Virus record (IMG/VR): IMGVR_UViG_3300049595_005065
DNA from: a virus
Taxonomy: Duplodnaviria; Caudoviricetes
Direction: 5' to 3' (one strand)
DNA length: 64,000 nt
The notes below the pieces were generated by a model. That model ran no database searches, was not told where the DNA came from, and saw only the letters and a list, made by a program, of their open reading frames with translations. Numbering within the stretch: position 1 is the first letter of the stretch; every line of letters begins with the position of its first letter. Positions 57,354 to 64,000 of the stretch are shown here, piece by piece. The translations under genes and the position numbers were made by a program.

Positions 57354-57987
57354 AACTTTTGCGACGGTCCTCCTGACTCTCTTCCTGGACCGCTTCGGCA
57401 TGGAGGCCCTCGACTGGGACCCGGCCACCGTCACGCTGGAGATAGAGGAAGAGTTCGACGTCGATCTGCCGCGGCTGAGCCTCGACAAGCTCATGGTGGC
57501 AATTCAAATCCTGACCACAGACCGTTTTCACAAGTCGCTCCCCGACTTCGTGGAATTCTGCAATGTACTAGGCGGCGACACCTACAGCCCCCAGACGTTT
57601 GACCCGGCCGACGCCGAGGAGGTCGCCTGGGGGATCACCGAGAGCATGCTCATCGCCCCACCGGACGACGCGGACACCGAGCCGTTCAGCGACGAGATCC
57701 GGGCCTACATCGGCGCCGTGCTCGACCAGGAAGGGATTATCAACGCCCCTGACGTCCTGCGGATCGCCCTGCGCCGCGCGCGCATCTCGCCGTCAATCGA
57801 GGACTTCTCGGACGACCCGGAGATGTTCAGCGCAGTTTACGGGCTCGAGTCCGCGAAGACCGACGAGATAAATCAAACTATCGTCACGAAGACGCAGATT
57901 CTGGCCGCTCAGCTAGCGGCGCTGCAGCTTCAGAACGGAAACACTCAATCAGTCGCCAAGATGCTGCATGACTCTGTGCAGCGCTAG
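57313..57987 (+). CDS. acidic helical hypothetical protein
   Basis: 224 aa; SD AGGA sits in a GGAAA/TTTCC hairpin. Confidence 0.7.
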   Translation: MAKNILQEAWTSRETFATVLLTLFLDRFGMEALDWDPATVTLEIEEEFDVDLPRLSLDKLMVAIQILTTDRFHKSLPDFVEFCNVLGGDTYSPQTFDPADAEEVAWGITESMLIAPPDDADTEPFSDEIRAYIGAVLDQEGIINAPDVLRIALRRARISPSIEDFSDDPEMFSAVYGLESAKTDEINQTIVTKTQILAAQLAALQLQNGNTQSVAKMLHDSVQR

Positions 57988-58002
57988 GCAGAAGGGAACA
58001 TT

Positions 58003-58206
58003 ATGCTCGTCCTTTCTCGCAAGAGGAACGAGAAACTACTCATTGGCCACGACGTGAAGATTACGGTCGTCGAGATATTGCCCGATCGGGTTCGCTTAGG
58101 AATCGAAGCGCCAGAGCAGGTGAGCGTGGTGCGCGCCGAACTGGCCAAGAACTGGCACGGCCGCAAGAAGGCCGGAGAAAATGGGGTGGAACGACCGCCT
58201 GCCTGA
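58003..58206 (+). CDS. csrA: carbon storage regulator CsrA/RsmA homolog
   Basis: MLVLSRKRNEKLLIGHDVKITVVEILPDRVRLGIEAPEQVSVVRAEL matches the CsrA pattern ML(I/V)L(T/S)R..E...IG..V.I.V......VR(I/L)G(I/V).AP..V.V.R.E, including the RNA-binding Arg44. Confidence 0.93.
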   Translation: MLVLSRKRNEKLLIGHDVKITVVEILPDRVRLGIEAPEQVSVVRAELAKNWHGRKKAGENGVERPPA

Positions 58207-58495
58207 CTGTGAAGCAGGCTGGCCCACAGAAGAAGAGCGCCAGTCATTCTTCGACTGGCAGGAATATCAGCATTATTGCGCGATGCTCGACGCGGAAATC
58301 GAGCGCGAGTCTGCGCCGCCTGTCCCCGAACGGATGGGCATCTCTTCGCAGACCATTGACCCCGACAGCTTCGAGGGCCTGTCCAAAGATATCTATTCAG
58401 ACCGCCCCCTCACACCAAAGGAGTTTGCCCATGCCCGCAACCAAGACCAAGGCCAAGACCAAGACCAACACCAAGATCAAGGCCAAGAAGAATAG
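58181..58495 (+). CDS. hypothetical protein with a QD-repeat tail
   Basis: 104 aa overlapping csrA and the next gene. Confidence 0.5.
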   Translation: MGWNDRLPDCEAGWPTEEERQSFFDWQEYQHYCAMLDAEIERESAPPVPERMGISSQTIDPDSFEGLSKDIYSDRPLTPKEFAHARNQDQGQDQDQHQDQGQEE

Positions 58496-58784
58496 GGTCG
58501 TCGCCCAGATCACGCCTGAGACCCTGCTCAAGGACGGCGGCCTGTTCGACGCCGTGGCGCTTTTGTGCGTCATCTTCAACCGCAAGCCCCGCCGCCCGTG
58601 CGTGCGTCAGGCCACGATATTCGCCATCAGGAACATCGCGACCATGCTGCTCGCGCAGGACAAGGACGTGCCGGATCTGATGCAGCTGCTGGATCAAGAC
58701 GCGCTGCAGGAAGGCACCGGACGCTCAACCACCAGCGAGTTCGTACAGACGTTCGAGGGGAAGAAGGTCGGACGTCGCCGCTGA
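58431..58784 (+). CDS. hypothetical protein with a Lys/Thr-rich N-terminus
   Basis: AAAGGAG SD then ATG 58431. Confidence 0.6.
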   Translation: MPATKTKAKTKTNTKIKAKKNRVVAQITPETLLKDGGLFDAVALLCVIFNRKPRRPCVRQATIFAIRNIATMLLAQDKDVPDLMQLLDQDALQEGTGRSTTSEFVQTFEGKKVGRRR

Positions 58785-59897
58785 CTTCACAGCGGGCGCC
58801 AGCCCCTTCTCGGCCGCCAGGCGGTCGAGCGTCGAGGCCATGCCCCGGTCCAGGGTGGGCACGATCGCCGCGAGCTTGTCGCGGTCGAGGTACACGCCAC
58901 CGGCCGTGACGGCGTCCGCGAACTCGTCGCCCATCCAAGACCGGACATCGTCCTCGGCGAGCTTCTCGAGATCCTCGAGGTTGTAGACGTTGCCCGTGGT
59001 CGTCTCGACGTGCGCCTTCATGAAGTCCGCGGCCACCTTCTCGGTGATCGCGAACAGAACCTCTTCGGGCCGCTCCAGGCCGCCCTCGTCGTAGTAACGG
59101 TGCAGGCCGGTCGCCCGGTCGTACTCATCGACCGCGGCGGCCAGCTTGAGCCGCAGCTCCTCGCCCCGGGCTTCCTCGGGGTTGGATTCAACCACGGCGG
59201 CCAGCTTTGTCATCTCCGCGGCCAGTTCCTTCTGGCTGTGGGCGACGAGGTTGGCCCGGCCGCGCAGCATCTGGGCGGCCACCTTAGCTGCGCACGCGCC
59301 CCGGCCAGCGGCCAGCTCCAGGGTGTCGTCGGCCTCGCTCGTGTCGGCGCCGTACTCGGCCGCCTTCTCGAGGATTTTCGTGGCGATCGTGTGCCGGTCG
59401 GCGAAGGTGAACTGGTCGCGGTGCGCCTTAAAGTGGGCCGCCGCGAACTTCACCTCGGTGGCATTGCGCAGGGGCCAGTGGCGATCCTTGTTACCGGCCT
59501 CATCGGCCCACACGATGGCGAACTCGCTGTCCGGCAGACTGTTGAGGTCCGCTCCGGCAGCAGCAGCCACCTTGCCGCGGAGTTCCTTCACGAGGCCTGC
59601 GATGCCAAAATAGTTGGCAGCGGCGTCAAGCCGCTCCTCGATTTCGGCGGCCTGCTTCTCGGTGAAGGAGGCGCGCTTGTCTTCGAAGAAAAGCGCGCTG
59701 AGCCACGTTGCGGGGCCAGTGTGGCACGGATAGAGTTTGTTGAGCGGATCGGCGTACATGTGGCGCTGGAGGTTTTCACCCCCGGCAAGCCGGTCCTGGC
59801 TGGCGGACTTCACGAATTCCGGCGGCGGATAGAGAGAGGTCAGCCGATGAGTTTCCCGACCACTGATGTCTTGCGTCTGATCGAGCGGATTTAACAT
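58725..59897 (-). CDS. K-x-A-rich protein on the minus strand, probable head-packaged protein
   Basis: 390 aa from CAT 59895-59897; strong codon bias; KSAS, KQAA, KVAA, KFAA, KLAA and KSAA motifs. Confidence 0.75.
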   Translation of the reverse strand: MLNPLDQTQDISGRETHRLTSLYPPPEFVKSASQDRLAGGENLQRHMYADPLNKLYPCHTGPATWLSALFFEDKRASFTEKQAAEIEERLDAAANYFGIAGLVKELRGKVAAAAGADLNSLPDSEFAIVWADEAGNKDRHWPLRNATEVKFAAAHFKAHRDQFTFADRHTIATKILEKAAEYGADTSEADDTLELAAGRGACAAKVAAQMLRGRANLVAHSQKELAAEMTKLAAVVESNPEEARGEELRLKLAAAVDEYDRATGLHRYYDEGGLERPEEVLFAITEKVAADFMKAHVETTTGNVYNLEDLEKLAEDDVRSWMGDEFADAVTAGGVYLDRDKLAAIVPTLDRGMASTLDRLAAEKGLAPAVKSAATSDLLPLERLYELAGG

Positions 59898-62532
59898 GGC
59901 GTCGTTACCTGTTTCCCTGGTCCGCCGACACAATCATCTCAGCGCCCTGTCGGCATTGGGCGTCCTGCCGGAAAAGCCCGCTTTCCCAGCCGTGGTCGAT
60001 TGTCCTTTCTGCCAGCAGCCCCAGCTCTATCTGTTCGATGACGTGGTGACGGATGGCATCTGGGCGCACTGCGAATCCTGCCGTGCGCATGGAGATATCA
60101 TAACCTTTGGCTCGTTAATCTGGAACAATAGCCGCGCCGAGGCGCTGGCCCGGCTGGTGGACCTTGGCGCAGCCAGCCAGGGCGAGGCCGACCGTTTGTC
60201 AGGGGAGTACTTCCGCGCCATCAACCGCCTGGAAGCCACCGAAGCTTTCTGGGCGCAGGCCAGCTCGCAGGTCTGGAACCACCACGACGACGTGATCGCC
60301 TGCCGCCAGCGCGAGCTGGGGCTGGACAGCACGATTGACGCCTGCAGCGGCGTGGTCGGCGTGGCGCACGCGGACCAGGTTGCCGAGTTCTGCCGCGCTG
60401 TAGGCCGCGCCCCGCCGCCCCGGATGCGCGAGCACGGGCCGACCCTGGTGTTGCCCTATTACGACCTGCCGGGGCGGTTCACGGGCGTGCTGCTCATCCA
60501 GTACAACGATGAGTTCATGTCGCGGCGGACGTTTATCGCGCTGCAGGGCTGCCCGAAGCGCCGCGCCGACGCCGGGTACTTCATGCTTGACACGGTCCTG
60601 CGGCCCTGCAACCCGTCGCTGCGCAACTCGTACTTTGTTTCAGACGATCCGTTCTGGGTCATCAAGGCGCAGATGGCGCAGCGCAAGGCAGGCCTGGAAA
60701 CACTGCCCCTGGCGGCGAGCTACTCGGGCCCCGAGGCGGTCAGCACCGGATTGAACTGGCAGTCGTTTGCCCCCACGCCGCGGTTGTTTCACAGCGCCGT
60801 GTTAACGCCCGACGTGATCTCCCAGGCCTGCACCGCCAAGGGTTACGTCTGCGTCCTGCCCCACAAGAACGTCGAGCAGAGCGCCACGCCGATGCGCTCG
60901 CTGCAGCGCCTGGCCGTCATTCGGCGCCAGGCGCAGACCTGGCAGGCCGCGCTGGAGTCGGCCCTGGAGCGCACCAACGAGACGGCGGCGCAGTCGTTCG
61001 TGACCAAGCTCACCATCGAGCTGCCGCGTCTGCAGAACTTCTTCCAGCAACGCAAACACAACCTGCCGCCGGAGTTCTGCGCCCGGCTGCTCACGCAGAT
61101 CGAGGCCGCGCCGGGCATTCCAACGAAGGTCTACAAGAAGGCGACCATCATCGAGCGGGACGGCTGCTGGTGGACGCACACCAACCACCAGGTCTGCAAC
61201 GCCCGCCCGCAGATCCACAAGATCGTCCATTCCGAACAGGGCGAGCGGATGTACGTCGGCACGATCGCAATCAACGGCCAGGAGCTGGAGTTCGCCGACA
61301 GCGCCGCACGCATCGAGCGAATCGGGTTGCTGGCGTACGCCGCGCAGCACGCGGCAGCGCACGGCCAACTGCTCCTTTTTGACCGGCACTGGAACGCCAA
61401 GAGCCACTTGGCGGCGCTCCGGCTGCATGAGCCAGAGATTGTTCACGTCTCCGGCGAGGCGGGCTGGAACGAACAGGCCAGTCAGTTTTGCTTTCGGCGG
61501 TACGCGCTTAACAACGACGGCAGCGTCACGCCTTGCCCCTATCCGCAAATCCAGGCGACGTTACCGGACTTCCCTGAGCCGATCGAGGTGGCACCGGTGA
61601 CGGTGCATCACCTGCTGACGCCCTCATACGAACACGCCACCCTGTGGACCAGCTTTGCGGCGATCGTCGCTGACCTGCTGGCGCCCGTGCTTGGACAGAC
61701 ACCCGTGGCCAACGGGGTGGTCGGCAGCACGTTCGACACGGCCTTGTCGGTCGGCCTTGGTCTCGACTGCGGAGAGTACCGCTGCTCCAGCTCGCAGCGG
61801 CAGAACGCCTCAACCAGCGTGATCGCGCACCTGCGTGATGTGCGCTGGCCCCTGTTTGCGTTCCACGCTTTCGACGACCTGATGCTCTGCCGAACGGTGC
61901 TCCGGGTGCCCAGCGGGCCGCTCTTCGCCCGGCTCGCGGAACTGACGGCCCACCTGGCGCCTGGCTACGGCTGGCAGGTGATCCGCGGACCAAGCCTGGA
62001 CGTTCGCCCCGACCTGTCGGCGCTGCGGTACATTCTGCCGACCTACGTCCAAAGGGCGCTTACCCAGCGGATGCACCTGGCGACGCAGCGGACCAATCTC
62101 ACAACGGCGGTGCTGCAGGACCTGGCAGGGTGGCTCAAAGATATCTATGGCGCGACGTTCAACGTGGCCTACGCAACCAACAAGCTGGTCACCCCCGACC
62201 GGGCCCACGAGGCCCTGATGGCGGCGATCAACCTGGGAATTACCTCCGGCGCGCTCGACGTCCTTCCCCGGCCGCGGCGAAAGGACCAGAACGGCAACTA
62301 CCTGCTCCGGCAAAAAACAAGCTGGTGGTTGAATCAGAAGGCCATAGATCGTTACTGTATTTCTGCCGGTGGAGTGATTCCTAACTGGGCGGCAGTTACC
62401 GAGTTGCTGGCGCACCAGGGCTTGCTGAACGACGAACAGGTCGTCCACGGCATGCCGGGACTGCTGGTGAACCGAGACTGGTGTGATTCGTTCTGGAGCG
62501 ACTACACAGCAGATGCGCGCGAACTTGGATAG
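59896..62532 (+). CDS. primase-related replication protein with an N-terminal CHC2-like zinc finger
   Basis: CPFC...WAHCESCRAHGDIITF resembles the DnaG zinc-binding domain; no clear TOPRIM or Walker A seen by eye. Confidence 0.5.
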   Translation: MASLPVSLVRRHNHLSALSALGVLPEKPAFPAVVDCPFCQQPQLYLFDDVVTDGIWAHCESCRAHGDIITFGSLIWNNSRAEALARLVDLGAASQGEADRLSGEYFRAINRLEATEAFWAQASSQVWNHHDDVIACRQRELGLDSTIDACSGVVGVAHADQVAEFCRAVGRAPPPRMREHGPTLVLPYYDLPGRFTGVLLIQYNDEFMSRRTFIALQGCPKRRADAGYFMLDTVLRPCNPSLRNSYFVSDDPFWVIKAQMAQRKAGLETLPLAASYSGPEAVSTGLNWQSFAPTPRLFHSAVLTPDVISQACTAKGYVCVLPHKNVEQSATPMRSLQRLAVIRRQAQTWQAALESALERTNETAAQSFVTKLTIELPRLQNFFQQRKHNLPPEFCARLLTQIEAAPGIPTKVYKKATIIERDGCWWTHTNHQVCNARPQIHKIVHSEQGERMYVGTIAINGQELEFADSAARIERIGLLAYAAQHAAAHGQLLLFDRHWNAKSHLAALRLHEPEIVHVSGEAGWNEQASQFCFRRYALNNDGSVTPCPYPQIQATLPDFPEPIEVAPVTVHHLLTPSYEHATLWTSFAAIVADLLAPVLGQTPVANGVVGSTFDTALSVGLGLDCGEYRCSSSQRQNASTSVIAHLRDVRWPLFAFHAFDDLMLCRTVLRVPSGPLFARLAELTAHLAPGYGWQVIRGPSLDVRPDLSALRYILPTYVQRALTQRMHLATQRTNLTTAVLQDLAGWLKDIYGATFNVAYATNKLVTPDRAHEALMAAINLGITSGALDVLPRPRRKDQNGNYLLRQKTSWWLNQKAIDRYCISAGGVIPNWAAVTELLAHQGLLNDEQVVHGMPGLLVNRDWCDSFWSDYTADARELG

Positions 62533-62542
62533 CGACCCGCGG

Positions 62543-62860
62543 ATGTCCTTCGAGCAGTACAACGAGCTTGCCAAGCTCTACGCTCGGTACGACGACGGCC
62601 TCGACGACGACTTCGTTGAAGAGGAGTGGCAGTTCGTTCACGAGGACGAAGACGACGAGGACGAAGACGAGGATTACACCCCAACCTCGACGCCGAGCTG
62701 GTTTGTCGACGACGAAGAGGACGAGGACGACGAGGATTACGAGGACGAAGACGACGAGGAAGACGACGACCAGGACTGGGACGCCGGAACCGAGGATTAC
62801 GAGGACGAGGACGACGAAGACGATGACGACTGGTATGAAGCCGACGACCCCGAGGAGTAA
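62543..62860 (+). CDS. extremely acidic D/E-rich protein
   Basis: 105 aa, mostly Asp/Glu with spaced aromatic residues. Confidence 0.65.
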   Translation: MSFEQYNELAKLYARYDDGLDDDFVEEEWQFVHEDEDDEDEDEDYTPTSTPSWFVDDEEDEDDEDYEDEDDEEDDDQDWDAGTEDYEDEDDEDDDDWYEADDPEE

Positions 62861-62862
62861 AC

Positions 62863-63315
62863 ATTCAGACCTTTCTTCCGTACGCCCGCTTTAACAAGTG
62901 CGCGTACGTCTTGGACAACAAGCGGTTGTTCAAGCAATCTGTAGAATGCAAACAGATACTTCTGGCGCTCGGCGTATCGGTCGGCGCCCATAAGCCAACG
63001 GGCAGCAAGGCCTGGCAGAATCACCCGGCGGTCCGCATGTGGCGCGGACATGAGCTGGCCCTGGCGATCTACTCGGCACACATCGCGCTGGAATGTCGTC
63101 GGCGTGGCTACAAGGACAAGCTGCTCGAGGAGTTTCTTGAGGTTGTCCGGCGGCTGCGCAAACCCGACGAGCCCGCGCGTTATCCGCCATGGATGCGCGA
63201 CTGGGGTATCATGACCAGCCACCGGTCCAACCTCCTGCGCAAGGACAAGGACTACTACACCCGGTTTGGTTGGTTGGTAAAGCCGGACCTTCCCTACAAG
63301 TGGCCTGTACCATGA
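62863..63315 (+). CDS. pyrimidine-dimer DNA glycosylase/endonuclease V-like protein (MQTFLP-type), ATT start
   Basis: (I/M)QTFLPY..F...A..LDNKRLFKQ..E..QIL, HPAVRMWRGHE.AL..Y and HRSNLLRKD..YY; GAGGAG SD 5 nt before ATT 62863. Confidence 0.75.
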   Translation: MQTFLPYARFNKCAYVLDNKRLFKQSVECKQILLALGVSVGAHKPTGSKAWQNHPAVRMWRGHELALAIYSAHIALECRRRGYKDKLLEEFLEVVRRLRKPDEPARYPPWMRDWGIMTSHRSNLLRKDKDYYTRFGWLVKPDLPYKWPVP

Positions 63316-63512
63316 AAGAATTCCTGAAGGGCATGGCGCGTTGCCTTGACCTTTTCGGCCTGCTCGACGATCCAATTGATCTGCCGGAAACCGATGAAGA
63401 AGCGTTTGAACGCGATCGCCAGGCGCTGCAGCAAGATTGGCTAACTGTAATGCGCGATATCCACGGACCAGGCTGGACACCGGAGAATACTGATGAGCTG
63501 GATCGTAGTTGA
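63312..63512 (+). CDS. 66-aa hypothetical protein
   Basis: ATGA overlap; MKEFLKGMARCLDLFG...DRQALQQDW. Confidence 0.55.
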   Translation: MKEFLKGMARCLDLFGLLDDPIDLPETDEEAFERDRQALQQDWLTVMRDIHGPGWTPENTDELDRS

Positions 63513-64000
63513 CGTAGAGGCCGACGGGCCGATTCCGCCGGAGTTCTCGATGATCTGCTTCGGTGCGGTCGTCGTGGACGAGAACCTGGACAAGACGTTC
63601 TACGGCGAGACGGCGCCGATCTCGGAGCGCACGAACCTGGCAGCCGCTGCGATTAGCGGGATCTGCCGGGCGCAGCACGAAACGTTCGAGGATCCGGCGG
63701 CTGTTATGGCTCGGTTTGCCGAATGGATTCGCGCCAGCTCTAAGGGCCGCCCGATCTTCGTGTCGGACAACCCGGCTTTTGACTGGCAGTGGATTAACTA
63801 TTACTTCCACAAGTACCTGGGCGAAAACCCGTTTGGCTATTCGGCCAGGCGAATTGGCGATCTGTACTGCGGCTTGGTGAAAGACCCGTACGCGCGGTGG
63901 AAGCACCTGCGCAAGACTAACCACGACCACAACCCAGTGAACGACGCCAAGGGCAACGCCGAGGCGCTGCTGGCGATGCGCAACCTGGGCCTACCACTAA
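63493..64000 (+). CDS. DEDDh 3'-5' exo(ribo)nuclease, 3'-truncated by the window end
   Basis: VVDVEADGP (Exo I), SDNPAFDWQWI (Exo II), HNPVNDAKGNA (Exo III); no stop before base 64000. Confidence 0.85.
   Translation, partial: MSWIVVDVEADGPIPPEFSMICFGAVVVDENLDKTFYGETAPISERTNLAAAAISGICRAQHETFEDPAAVMARFAEWIRASSKGRPIFVSDNPAFDWQWINYYFHKYLGENPFGYSARRIGDLYCGLVKDPYARWKHLRKTNHDHNPVNDAKGNAEALLAMRNLGLPL

Larger units (their letters stand above)
3802..62148. repeat. dispersed palindromic motif WWAGATATCTWW (at least 11 copies)
   Basis: Copies start at 3802, 5214, 14395, 15406, 16087, 29352, 34607, 40207, 53213, 58385 and 62137. Confidence 0.9.

Noticed and set aside
1-64000. Stop-codon reassignment (seen in some jumbo phages)
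   Set aside because: TAA, TAG and TGA all end genes cleanly at tight junctions, and long genes are uninterrupted under code 11.
1-64000. tRNA, tmRNA, rRNA, introns or inteins
   Set aside because: No cloverleaf, T-loop or intein motifs were seen, and intergenic gaps are short and explained by hairpins or promoters. A covariance-model search was not possible.
1-64000. Cellular contractile injection system (eCIS/T6SS) or host chromosome
   Set aside because: Capsid, prohead protease, scaffold, a tape measure of more than 1100 aa and a divergent RNAP without neighbouring housekeeping genes indicate a phage.
1-64000. Assigning a host phylum (e.g. Planctomycetota)
   Set aside because: High GC, csrA and a GT9 gene are compatible with several diderm phyla, and nothing in the window fixes the host.

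Overview
The window is an internal 64-kb piece of a large, GC-rich (mid-60s % by eye) contractile-tailed (myovirus-like) jumbo phage genome; almost all genes are on the + strand. Order: the 3' end of a phage multisubunit RNA polymerase beta' gene; a head module (K-x-A-rich proteins, prohead protease, scaffold-like protein, decoration protein, major capsid protein); neck/tail completion; tail sheath, tube, spike, chaperone pair and tape measure; baseplate genes with a sigma70-family gene embedded among them; five tandem paralogous fibre/baseplate proteins; a 59-aa-repeat/collagen protein; a lower-GC Cys/Ser-rich fibre pair; a GT9+GT2-like glycosyltransferase; and small accessory genes including csrA, a primase-like Zn-finger protein, an acidic protein, a pyrimidine-dimer glycosylase-like gene and a DEDDh exonuclease cut by the window end. 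Two non-protein signals stand out. (1) CsrA-type ANGGAN hairpins sit on the ribosome-binding sites or start codons of key virion genes (capsid, decoration, sheath, fibre) in a phage that encodes its own CsrA, suggesting a phage translational regulon. (2) A palindrome WWAGATATCTWW occurs at least 11 times, mostly inside genes in different reading frames and at the cost of rare codons, suggesting a genome-wide protein-binding site. All product calls come from motif recognition and gene order by eye; no database search was run.
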